From the human T2T-CHM13v2.0 reference genome, Homo sapiens: a DNA stretch of 64,000 nucleotides. Location: assembly GCF_009914755.1 (NCBI RefSeq), contig NC_060934.1; one strand, 5' to 3'. Positions 44,624 to 56,379 of the stretch are shown in pieces; positions within the stretch are counted from its first letter, which is position 1; each line of letters starts with the position of its first letter. The notes under the pieces are model-generated. The model had not been told where the DNA came from and searched no databases. It worked only from the letters and a program-made list of their open reading frames with translations. The translations under genes were made by a program, and so were the position numbers.

Positions 44624-46452
44624 CTGAAATAGAAGCAGATTAAAATTACTGTAAAATACATCCCTGTGTTCTTAAAGATTGGCTACCAGCTAGAAAGCAG
44701 TTGACCTATCTATAATGCACAGGACATAATTCATATTAACATTGCAGGAAACAAATGACTCGCCTAATTTCATGTACATGGAGAGTTAAGGTTTCTGATA
44801 GATTTATGAGATTCAACATGCTGACACTTTTCATTCACTGACCTTTTTTTTTTTTTACCCACTTCCTACTGAGGACAGGAAGATAAGTTAATCTTCAAGC
44901 CCTTTGGATAATCTTTCCCTGGGTCTCAGCTGACCTTAAATCTATCAGAGAGGAATTTGTTCAATCTGACTTGATGCCACAAATGGTAGCAGTCTGAGGC
45001 CCTGGGCTAAAGCAGCTCTAAAAGCGATACAAACCTCTTCAAGTGGCATTTGCAGTTTTGACGACAATGTACATTACAAATTGAATTGAATTGAAACTCA
45101 AACATTGTTTGAATTTCCCCTGTTATAGGTTGACAGGCATTTGACAGACAACTCTGGATCACTGAGGACATTGCTCAGCCACACAATGACCTCTTCTGAC
45201 TTTTTTCGGGGGCTGGGGGTGATGGGAATGGGAACATGAACTCAGAACCACATGATTCTCTCACCTCCAGAACAAGGTGGGATAGTAATTGAGTAAAAGA
45301 AGCCCTCAAGTAAATGCTGAGAATTTAGAAATATTCTTCGGAAGAAAAGGCAGGGACCACATATTTGTGCACAGAGTTGGCTACTACCAGCTCTGTGTGT
45401 TGACACATGCTAGAGAGGAGAGGTTGAGGAAGGCTTCAATCCAACACCTGTCCTTGAATAATAAAGACCATAAGAAAGCCAAGAATGGCAACGCTTCTGC
45501 AAACTGAGTTCTCTAGGGTTTGTTTCCATCTGTCTGCCTCATAGAGCAGTGTGTCAGTACTCAACTCTGAACAAGAAAAAGAGTGAAGAATTTTCCATGT
45601 GGTAAGTCTAAAAGTGCTCAGTACACAGATAATCAAAAAAGAGGTCTTCCCTCCTTCTTCACAAAGGACACCCTGATCCTCTCCTACTAGCATTGAAGAA
45701 GGAAAGAGTTAACTATGCTGAAAGAGAAGCTGCAACTGCAGATTCCCTGAGTCTGTGACAGAAACCTGCACCCTCAGCAGCAGCTAGTGTTCAGGAATCC
45801 CCTGCACCCTCTGTCAACTCCAGAAGCCAGATCAATACCCGTATCCATTGGATGGAAATGTCATCTTGGCAATGAGAGGGATCCCAGCCAATTCTCTATC
45901 AGGGCCACCTTCACCTATAGGCAGGATGAGTGTTCCCTTGGACTGACCATCACATGTGCTCTCCAACCAGGTAGATTTCAGTACTAAGTGGAGTATGTAG
46001 TATAAAAAGGCAAAGAGACCAGAGTTTGAGGTATTTTGGGAAGAGCTTAGTATCATGTCTGAAACCTAGTAACCCTACTTAAAGAAGAAGATATTGCTTT
46101 TACTTAAAACTCTACCAACAGAGAAGCATTTCTTTAAGTTAAACACCCCCACTCCTGCCCACTGCACCTCCATGCACAGTCATTGATGCCAATTTCCCTG
46201 ATAGATGTACTCATTAAGTTACCAGCATCAAGTATAAATCTGTATCACCGATGACCTTCCTAGGGAGCTTTTCTAGGGAAGCTACAACAGCCAGACATAA
46301 GAAGGCAGAGAAAGGAGCAAACAAATAAGTTCCAGTGTCCCAAATCTCAGTGAAATTTGTATTATTTAGAGAAAAACAGGCATCCACTTGGTAGATACCA
46401 CTTAACCATCACAAACATGTTATTAAACAACAATACTTTAAAGACCACTTAA

Positions 46453-46764
46453 GGCTGGGTGCGGTGGCTCATGCCTGTAATGGCAGCACTTTGGGGGGCC
46501 GAGGCTGGTGGATCATGAGGTCAGGAGACTGAGACCATACTGCTAACACAGTGAAACCTCTTCTCTACTAAAAATACAAAAAATTAGCTGGGTGTGGTGG
46601 CGGGCAACTGTAGTCCCAGCTACTCGGGAGGCTAAGGCAGGAGAGTGGCGTTAACCTGGGAGGCGGAGCTTACAGTGAGTCTAGATGGCACCACTGCACT
46701 CCAGCCTGGGCGACAGAGTGAGACTCCGTCTAAAAACAAAAGAAAACAAAACAAAAAACAAAAC
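46453..46764 (+). mobile_element. AluY
   Basis: Alu dimer with (A)nC tail; TSD agaccacttaa at 46442-46452 and 46765-46775. Confidence 0.95.
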
Positions 46765-47099
46765 AGACCACTTAAATCCTGTTAGGGTAGGGAGTAGAAA
46801 GTCTTAAATTATAAAATGAAGAAAACTAAGACTTCTATACTGAACAGGAAAACCACAATGCTGAGAAAGTGGCAATCATCCTTACAAAAATAAAAATGAG
46901 ATAGAAAAGTAAATGGGAAAGCAGAGAAGAATCTAATGCCAGGGTAATTCTTTGGCTTCTAACTGAGCATGAGAAAAATCTGAGGCACAAAGCAGACCAT
47001 AGGTGATACTAAACTATCACTGCCTGTTTTCAAAAAGCAGCATGAAATTTTTCTACTCCCTGACATTGAGATTCAAGTGATTTGAGTGAAATATAAGGT

Positions 47100-47320
47100 T
47101 CAACACTGGTTTAGTTTCACTTGCCTGGGTCTGAGTACTAGAATGGGACTTCCTAGATAAGGGGTCATGGGCAAGTCACTTGAACTAAGTTTTAGTTTCC
47201 TCCACTCTAAAATGGAAATTATATGCGTAATTAACTGAAAAAGCTTTATGAGAAGTAAGCAAGATGGCATATGGAGAGGACTTACAAAAGGGCTTCGGAA
47301 ATATTTATTATTATTATACA
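47100..47320 (+). mobile_element. MIR
   Basis: tcatgggcaagtcacttgaac...tagtttcctccactctaaaatgg. Confidence 0.7.
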
Positions 47321-47336
47321 ATAATACATGATATTT

Positions 47337-47711
47337 TGTGACGGTTAATACTGAGTGTCAAAATGATTTGATTGTAGAATGCTAAGTATTGATCCTGGGT
47401 GTGTCTGTAAGGGTGTTGTCAAAGGTGATTAACATTTGAGTCAGTGGGCTGGGAAAGGCAGACCACCCTTAATCTGGGTGGGCACCATCTAATCAGCTGC
47501 CAGCTCAGCTAGAATATAACCCAGGCAGAAAAAAAACATGAAAAGACTAGACTGGCCTAGCCTCCCAGCCTACATCTTTCTCCAGTGCTAGATGCTTCCT
47601 GCCCTCAAACATCAGACTCCAAGTTCACTGACTCTCCTTCCTTCTCAGCTTGCAGACAGCCTGTTGTGGGACCTTGTGATCATGTGAGTTAATACTTAAT
47701 AAACTCCCCTT

Positions 47712-47762
<51 letters not shown>

Positions 47763-47798
47763 CCTGTTAGTTCTGTCCCTCTAGATAACCCTAATACA
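47337..47798 (+). mobile_element. 5' LTR, MLT2A1-type
   Basis: tgtgacggttaatactgagtgtc...ggcaccatctaatcagctgccagc...aataaactccc...ccctaataca. Confidence 0.92.
47714..47756. repeat. (AC)n microsatellite in the 5' LTR
   Basis: Direct reading. Confidence 0.97.
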
Positions 47799-47803
47799 GA
47801 TTT

Positions 47804-47821
47804 TGGTACCAGGAGTGGTTC
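47804..47821 (+). promoter_or_regulatory. Primer binding site (tRNA-Leu)
   Basis: TGGTACCAGGAGTGG immediately after the 5' LTR, complementary to the tRNA-Leu 3' end. Confidence 0.9.
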
Positions 47822-47899
47822 CAGAGGAACAGAATATTAAGGATGAATTTCTTTTGTTGATCTGGGGGTTTTTGGAGTTGGCTGCTTAATATAATTAGA

Positions 47900-50210
47900 C
47901 CCAAAAATGCTAAAGACTTTACTTCTAATAGTATGGAGAACACTGATAGTCCTTGGCGTGAACTGTTTAGAGAGTTATGCAAAATAAATGCATTTGACAT
48001 TCCTGATTCACTGCTTATGAGAGTCAAAGAGTTGAATGAATCTGTATGTAATACCTAGGACTATATGTGGAGAACCAAGGAACACAATGAAGTTGGTTGG
48101 TTGCTCCTAAGTTCAGTGGACAAAGTGAAGAAAGAAAATGATGAACTCAGGGATTCTAACTCCCGGCTTCAGAAGCAGATACTGAGTCTCAAATCTGGTA
48201 AGATTGCCCTGAGCGAGCATTTTTATCTCCAGTAGAGAAAGAGCTGAAACCATGGAAAAACAGATGCAAGCTCTTATCTTGCAAGTAGCTGACCTGCAAC
48301 AAAAGGTACATGCACAGCCTCACCAGGTGTCTGCTGTTAAAGTGAGGGCATTGATTGGAAAAGAATGGGACCCTGCAACTTGGAATGGGGACATGTGGGA
48401 AGGACCCCGATGAAGCTGGAGACACTGAATTTGTTAACTCTGATGAACCTTTTTTGCCAGAAGAAACAGCTTCCCCATCTCCGGTACTGGCAACATCCCC
48501 ACCTCAATCCATGCTGTCATCAGTGTTTCCACCTTTGTCTGAGAGACAAACCCTGCACAGCCTGAGGCAATGGCGATGGCCTTCCCTGAGGCAGTTGCAG
48601 GGCAAGATAATGTTGATTCTCCTCAGGAGCCACACCCAACACCCCTGTTTAATTTAAACCTATAACTAGACTAAAGTTGAGGCAGGCCCCTAGAGGTGAG
48701 GTTGAGAGTGTGACCCATGAGGAGGTGTGCTACACTTGAAAAGAACTGCTTGAGTTTTCTAATGTATAGTAACAGAAATCTGGCCTGGGAATTTTGAGTT
48801 TTCTAATTTATATTAACAGAACTGGCATGGGAATGGACATTAAGGTTATGGGATAACTGTGGAAGGAACATAGAGTTGGATCAGGCTGAATTTATTGATT
48901 TGGGCTCACTCAGTATGACTGACTCTGCATTTAGTGTTGCAGCTCAGGGAGTTAAAAAGGGTTCTAATAGTTTATTTGCTTGGTTAGCTGAAATATGGAT
49001 TAAAAGACGGCCCACTGTGAGGAAGCTGGAAATGCCTGATCTCCCCGGGTTTAATGTAGAGAAAGGGATCCAAAGGCTTAGGGAGATTGAGATGGTGGAG
49101 TGGATTAGTCACTTCAGACTTACTCACCCCAGCTGGGAGGGTCCAGAAGACATAACTTTGATCAATATCTTGTGAAATAGATTTGTGAAGGCATCATCTG
49201 CATCTTTGAAGAGGCCTGTAATTGCTTTTCTCTGTATGCCAGGTCTAACAGTGGGAACCTCAGTCACTCAACTACAAAATTTAAATACAATGGAAATAAT
49301 TGAATCCTGAGGTGGCAGGGGCCAAGTGGGGGCACTCAACCATCAAAGGAAAAGGGGGTGTAGCTACTGTAATGGACAACAGTGGCAAAGAAGCAATCAG
49401 AACAGTCTGATTTGTGCAGAGCTCTGGCATTGGCTAATCACGGTGTTCCTAGAAGTGAAATTGATAGGAAGCCTTCTGCATTCCTACTTAATTTATATAG
49501 GCAGAAAACTTTTGGGTCGAATGAACAAAAGACTAATTTGAATTATAAAAACAGAGAATCACAGCCCCTCAATCAATTTCCAGACTCGAGCCAGTTTACA
49601 GACCCAGAACCCCTTGAATGAAGGGGATGCTGGGTCCCCTTGAGGAAGAACTCCACTACATTACCAAAAATTTATGCTGTTAATCTTTCTTACATTTTTC
49701 CCCAAGGATACCTCCAGCTTTTTACCAGGGTAACTGTGCACTGGGGAAAGGGAAATGATCAGACATTTCGGGGAGTAGTGGACACTGGCTCTGAGCTGAC
49801 ATTGATTCCAGGGAACTCAAAACATCATTGTGGTTCCCCAGTTAAAATAGGGGCTTGTGGAGGTCAGGTAATTAATGCAGTTTTAACTTAAGTCTGACTT
49901 ACAATGGGTCCAGTGGGTCCCCATACTCATCCTGTGGTCATTTCCCCAGTGCAAGAATGCATAATTGGCATAGACATACTTAGCAGCTGACAAAACCCCC
50001 ACATTGGTTCCCTGACTGGTAGGGTGAGGGCTATTATGGTGGGAAAGGCCAAATGGAAGCCATTAGAGCTGTCTCTACCTAGAAAAATTGTAAATCAAAA
50101 GCAATATCGCACCTCTGGAGGGATTGCGGAGATTAGTGTCACCATGAAGGACTTGAAAGATGCACGGGAGGTGATTCCCACTACATCCCTGTTCAACTCT
50201 CCCATATGAC
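47900..50210 (+). pseudogene. HERV-L gag-pro and start of pol, disrupted
   Basis: DQAEFIDLGSL...SLFAWLAEIWIKRRPTV (gag); FRGVVDTGSELTLIPG (aspartyl protease DTG); RAIMVGKAKWKPLEL...GGIAEISVTMKDLKDA (pol start); stops and frameshifts. Confidence 0.88.
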
Positions 50211-50776
50211 CTACTGGGGTGCTTACTGAAGACTAAGGGAATACAGAATGGGTAGTAGAAGAAGGTAGTCATCGATACCAGCTATGACCACGTGACCAGC
50301 TGTAGAAATAAGGACTGTAATTGTCATGAGTGTTTCCTCCTTCTTTTGTTAAAAACATGTTTGTGCCTGTATACACTTGTACTAAGAAAATATCTTCATT
50401 TCCTTTTTCCTTTATCATGTGACCTAAGATTTATCAAATTCATATTAGCATTTAAGTATTGTTAACTTTATGTAATAGTGTTTGGGCTGGGTATTGGTGT
50501 GTTTCTGGTTGTAGGAAAGATAGCTGTATTATGTTAGGCATAATTATGACCTCATTATTGTCTTTATTTGAAGATTATATATAATCTCAGGAGATGTGTA
50601 TGGGTTCAAGTTGACAAGGGGTGGACTTGTGATGGTTAATACTGAGTGTCAACTTGATTGAAGGATGCAAAGTATTGACCCTGGTTGTGTTTGTGAGGGC
50701 ATTGCCAAAGGATATTAACATTTGAGTCAGTGGGTTGGGAAAGGCAGACTCACTCTTAAACCGGGTGGACACCATC

Positions 50777-51152
50777 TGTATTAGTCTGTTTTCATGCTGC
50801 TGATAAAGACATATCCATGACTGGGCAATTTACAAAGAAAGAGGTATAACTGGACTTACAGTCCCACCTGGCTGGCGAGGCCTCACAATCATGGTGGAAG
50901 GCAGGGAGAAGCAAGTTACATTTTATGTGGATGATGGCAGGCAAAGAGAGAGAGCTTCCCATTTTAGGGAATCTCCCATTTTGAAGACCATCAGATCTCA
51001 TGAGACTCATTCACTACCATGAGAAAAGCACAGGAAAGACCCATCCCCCCTAATTCAATCACCTCCCACCGAGTTCCTCCCATGGCATGTGGGAATTGTA
51101 GGAGTTACAATTCAAGATGAGATTTTGGTGGGGATATAGCCAAACCATATCT
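50777..51152 (-). mobile_element. THE1 (THE1B-like) MaLR solo LTR nested in the 3' LTR
   Basis: tgtattagtctgttttcatgctgctgataaagac...gccaaaccatatc; 5-bp TSD ccatc/ctatc. Confidence 0.93.
51051..51061 (+). promoter_or_regulatory. DUX4-type double-homeodomain motif TAATTCAATCA
   Basis: Exact match to TAAYYYAATCA; binding not shown. Confidence 0.55.
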
Positions 51153-52639
51153 CTATCTAATCAGCTGACAATGTGGCTAGAATATAATGCAAGCAGAAAA
51201 AAATGTGAAAAGACTAGACTGGCCTAGCCTCCCAGCCTACATCTTTCTCCTGCACTGGGTGCTTCCTGCCTCTGAATATTGGGCTCCAAGTTCTTCAGGT
51301 TTGGGACTTAGACCAGCTCCCCTTCCTCCTCAGCTTGCAGATGGCCTACTGTGGGACCTAGTGACCATGTAAGTTAATACTTAATAAACTCCCCTTTATA
51401 CATATACGTATCTATCCTATTAGTTCTGTTCCTCTAGAGAACCCTGAATAATACAATATTATATAATATAATCATATACAATCATCACATATAATATATC
51501 ATGGTAATATATCATCATCATCACCACTATCACCGCTTAACATACAGAAACTATGAGAGGCATAGATGGCCTCACAATATAAAGGTGTGAAAAAGCACCA
51601 CATGCTACCCTGCATTTCCCTAAATCACCATAAGCTGAGAGTTGGTCAAGTGGAACATGAGGACCTCAAGAAAAGTCTAACCCTATTTAAAGGCATTGAA
51701 AGGCTATGAAATTTTGCAGTCAGAAACAGAGAACTCTCAATTGAGAAGCTGCCCCAAATAGAGACCCCTTAATAAATCAAATAACACAAGGGCATCACTC
51801 AAATCTCTATCAACAAAAGATGAATGATCTAGGGTCCCTGATCCCAAGTGGCCTACCCCTGGCTTTGTGGTCAGGGAGACTTGGGTTTAGAATGCTCAGC
51901 ACAGGAGGCAAAGGCTCTGTGAATAAATGAGGTCCCAAATCGCATAGGGCAGGCAGCTGCAGGCTTTCATGAGCATTAATTTTGCTTAATATTACAAATT
52001 TTAAATGCTACAAATACAAGCATGACAAATAGAAATGCACAAAGTGATCATTAGGATCTTAATGTGTGTGCGAATTTGCAGTCAGAATAGGCACACTGCA
52101 AACAAAGCACTATATAAATGCTAAATACTTCACCATTTGCTACTACAATAATGTGTCATATGGCTGAAGTTTTTAAGTACTTTATGTTCTCTGCTGGTAT
52201 GAAGTCATTAATCCCATTTATACAATTAATAAGGAAACCATGGATCCAAATTAGGGATCAGAGAAAAAAAACTGGAATTAAAGACAAATGATGGGTCATT
52301 TTTCTCTAAAGCTGTAATGATGCTTTGCTAAATAACACATTTTCCCCTGAACCCTATTTTAAACACTGCACAATCCACCATGAAAAAAAACACCTAATTA
52401 CTATCACTACATCAATGATTTTGAGTTGGACAACCACATATTTCTACGACCCGACCCAGAATGAACTTGGGTCCTTTAAAAGCCTCCACTAACGCATTCA
52501 TGTTTCCATCAGCCCCAACAGGCTGAGTCAGCTTTTCTCCAAGTGCAGATGAAATAGGTTAAAAAGTTAGAGCGTCCACTTTGCAGGGTTGCCTATTTTA
52601 AAATTCCGACCCTCTTTCACCAGGGAAAATAGTATATCC

Positions 52640-52840
52640 TAATTCATGATTTAATGAGTGAGCTCTGGAGTCACACAGACCTGGTTTGAACACAAGCTCT
52701 GTTGCAGGTTGAACAACCCTCTTGCAGGTTACTTGGTATCTTTGAGTCTAGTGTCTTTATCTTTAAAATGGGTGTAATGTATGACCTGCTTTTAGGGTTA
52801 GTATCACAAATACTTATTTTTTAGTAATAAATGAGCAAAG
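52640..52840 (+). mobile_element. MIR
   Basis: gagctctggagtcacacagacctggtttgaa...tatctttaaaatggg. Confidence 0.75.
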
Positions 52841-53109
52841 TCAGAATGAGAAGAAAAGAAAAAAATGAAAAGAAAGAAAAGTCAAGCTACATCTTTTCAG
52901 TGAAAGATTTGAAATAGAACAGATGGAAGAATTCTTTCCATAGTCAGAGTCTGAGTTCTCCTTCTTGAAGTTAAACCAAATTCCTTAATCAAGAAAAAAA
53001 TGTAAAATTGAAAGAGTCGGAAGCTTCATCCTAGGAGCCTGAGTCCCAGAGGACATCAGAGCAACAATTTGTATGATGTTGGTATTTTGATGTTGCTGGT
53101 GGTAGTGTT

Positions 53110-53200
53110 TCTCCCTCCTCCTCTTTCTCCTCCTCCTCGTTGTTTTTCTTTCTCTTCTTCCTTTCTCTCTCTCTCTCTCTCGCCCCCTCTCTCATTCTCT
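53110..53200. repeat. CT-rich simple repeat
   Basis: Direct reading. Confidence 0.85.
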
Positions 53201-54099
53201 GCTTATAAAACACGAATTTCCCTAGAGAAAGAAATGGAGAATTGAAACCTTGGCTTTACACTCCGGCTGAAAAAAGTCTTAAATTGGAAGTATGTTAGAG
53301 AAAACCTTTGGCCTTTCTGTGCAATTAAAAGCCTTAATTAGAGGAGGAAGTTACAGTAAAGGAGTATAATGCAACCTAAGTTACTTTTATTAACCACTGT
53401 GGCCACACGTATCCTCAGACCCATTAGGGAAAGTCCTCAGTTCACTCCAATTTGGTTCTACTGGGATCACTTCTCACCTAGACAGTAGAAACCTAGAGAA
53501 AGAGATTAGATAGATGGATGGATAGGTAGATAGACAGATAAATATGGAGATGGAAATTATCTATCTATCTATCAGATAAAAATAAACTAAAATGAAATTA
53601 AAGAAAATTTTGAACTTCAGGTAAATGCTTCTTTACCACGGGAGGATGAGTTCCTGTTCTCAAACTCTCCAGGGCCCTACGTCCCCTGATACGCATGCTG
53701 ACATAACCCCAGTTCATGGTTGGTGGTATCACTGGATTGAAGAAATTGGCCTTTAGCTAAAGGAAGGCAAGGTAGCCTTGGTGCTGATATGGAAAGGACA
53801 CAAAAGATGCTTTCCTGCCTCAAGTATTCCCTCTATAATACTCCTGGTGAGGTTTCTAATTTCCACTTTTGGTCACCAGCTGTGGAAAGACTTCTCCAAG
53901 TGAATGGAGCACTTGGCTCCAAATCAGGAGACTCGTTCCTTGTCCTTGTCCAGGCCTGCAACAATTGGAATGCTTCTTACTCTTCTGCTTTCTCTCGGAG
54001 GGTTGATGTGAACATCAAAAGAAAGACTAAATGGAAGAAGCTTTGTAGCGAGTGAAGTCTGATATTAGTGCAGGGTACAGTTGAAATAGGTTTATCTAA

Positions 54100-54215
54100 G
54101 TATAATGACAACATGCCTTGCTTTTCCTGAGACAATCCCAGTTTATTCCTTCTGCCCCAGCATAATTAGTAATACCCATTTAACTTTCAGAGAAAATACA
54201 TTGTGGTAAGTCTAC
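54100..54215 (-). mobile_element. MER94-like MITE
   Basis: cctgagacaatcccagtttattcc...cccagcataattagtaatacc. Confidence 0.55.
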
Positions 54216-55315
54216 CATTAAGTCACTACTTGTATTTAGGACTTTTGCCCAAATTAGACAGCAGGAAAAAAGAGCAAAAGGATAGATAGAATTGTATGTG
54301 CCCTGTCTCCGTGACATTGGCCAAATTATTTGTATTCCAGAAACCTCAGTTTATATATTTTTTAAATGAGGATACTTGTAGAAACTATCTCATAATACAT
54401 ATAATATTATAAATTTAAATTAAATTCATAAATATTAATTGCAACTCCCTAAAAAATGTAGCAAAGAGTCTGACATATCATAAAACTCAATGTATATTAG
54501 CTTACAAAATAAAATTACAAAACAAGATGGTAGGTTTTCATAATTAGAGAATGTAATGGAAAATACTGGATGGGGTACTTCCTGGGATGGATAGGCCAGA
54601 ATGGGTAGGATAGGCCAGAATTGCAGGATGGGATGATGCCAGTCTTGGAGAGAAACGAAAGTCTGGTCCTCACACCTATTACTCTCCAGTGGGGCCCGTG
54701 GGGTTAGTGATTTTGTAGCAGTTTGTTGTTCAAAGTGCCCTTCCACTTCCCAGGCTTTGTACTGCCCCAGATCTAAAAGGTCTAACTGTAAGATTTATAC
54801 AGCAGAAATAGCCATTTCTCAAAAAAGGCAAAAAAGCTTGGTTTCTCCAGATGTTCACTGTTTGACATCCTTCTTCAGACAAATATAATCCAAGGAATTT
54901 GCAGAAAACTTGCAGCCCTGGAATTTGGTTTGCCTCAGCGAATATTCAGTAAACTCTTCCTAGGGCAGAAAATCTGCTGTGTGATATGGTATTGTTGTAT
55001 ATTTTGCCGTGCGTCGTGCTTTCTTCTGTTGAGTTCTCAGCTTGAATGATTCAGACCTCAGGGCTAAAGAGGAGATAAAAAATTTGCCTCCACCACCATC
55101 TATTTTTTTTCTATATATTTCTGTCCTACTGGCTTCTCCCATCCTACAGATAGGAGGAAAGATGATCTGTTTCCCAGCCATGATCATCAAAAGACGGTGA
55201 GGAAACTATTTAAATTGTAGTTAAGGGTTTTTAATAATAAGACTCACACTCAGACATGAAAGACAACTAACATTGTCATATATGCTTTTCTTAAAAGTAC
55301 AAATTTAAAACTGGA

Positions 55316-55796
55316 TGTAGAATTGCAAAGGTACTTACATCTGGCAGGAGGTTTTGCATAGACCCAGCTGCCAGAGTATGAGTCTAATGAGACAGAACAC
55401 CATGCAACCCATCAGGTAAAGCAAATTTATTACTCAAATACAGAATGCAGGGATAAACAGAAGCCTAGGACTCATTTTGAGCCAGTCCTCGAAGGCTGAG
55501 GAAAGCCTCACAGGTCAATTAGAGTCTTGTCTCCATGTGCCCCTTTTTACACAGAATCCTAGGGACCTTAAAAGCATTCTGCTTTAGGTTTTATACCCTG
55601 AGTGGAAATTGGATCACTGAGTAAACATGATGTAGAACAACTTGTTCTAGAAGGAAGGAGATCATACCCTGTATTGTTCTGGAAATTTCCTCCATATCTC
55701 AGGATGTTGCGTTCTTGGTAGAATCTGCCCAAAGATTGCAAGCAAGGGGGGAATAAATGCATTGGCCAAGACCATCTGGGGACTTTTCTTCCTGCA
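55316..55796 (-). mobile_element. Solo LTR (ERVL-class, subfamily uncertain)
   Basis: TG...CA ends; minus-strand TATAAAA (~55590) and AATAAA (~55426) in LTR order. Confidence 0.55.
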
Positions 55797-56067
55797 AAAA
55801 TGATTAGAATGGACTTCATACCTAAGGTATATGATTACAGTCTGAAGAAGATATGAGTAAGATTTAGAAAAAGGACTAGATGATTAAATGCATTTTTTCT
55901 TGTAATTTATGCATGTTCACATTGATATTTTCTCTCTTTCCTTCTCTCTGTCTCTGTCCCTGTCCCTCTCTCTTTCTCACTCTCTCTAAACACACATACA
56001 CACACCCAGAAAGAACAGAATTTGCATTCTTTGGCCTCTTTATCTCCATTTGCCAGTGTTTTTTATA

Positions 56068-56250
56068 TGTGGCTCTGGAACGCTGGAGTAAAAATCATTT
56101 GGGATGTTCATTTGCAATAACAAAAAAATTCTGAGACTGCAACACAGATCAATCTTGGGTAGGAGAAGAAAAGTGGGAATTGATACTTAAAATAATACTT
56201 CAAGTGATTCTTATGCAGATGGTCCACAGATCAAACTTTGAAAAATAATG
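56068..56250. mobile_element. MER5A-like MITE
   Basis: caagtgattcttatgcagatggtccacagatcaaactttgaaaaa. Confidence 0.6.
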
Positions 56251-56379
56251 TGAAACACTACTATTCTTCTTGTGTCATCTTTAGGAAGCAGCAAGATTAA
56301 AAGTTGTCTAGGAAGGATGGTTTAACATGTATAGATCATGTGTTGCTGATGTTTCTGGTGTGTTGGCTTTAGAAAACTT

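Larger units (their letters stand above)
47337..51455 (+). mobile_element. HERV-L provirus with MLT2A1-type LTRs; internal deletion removes most of pol
   Basis: Two related LTRs (TG...CA), flanking ATATT duplication, tRNA-Leu PBS, gag and protease remnants, PPT-like aaggggtggac before the 3' LTR. Confidence 0.95.
50628..51455 (+). mobile_element. 3' LTR, MLT2A1-type, split by a THE1 insertion
   Basis: 50628-50776 plus 51158-51455 reconstitute a copy of the 5' LTR. Confidence 0.92.

Noticed and set aside
54191-54205. 15-nt micro-exon pattern (tttcAG|agaaaatacattgtg|GTAAGT)
   Set aside because: Short pyrimidine tract and located inside a MER94-like relic; likely chance.
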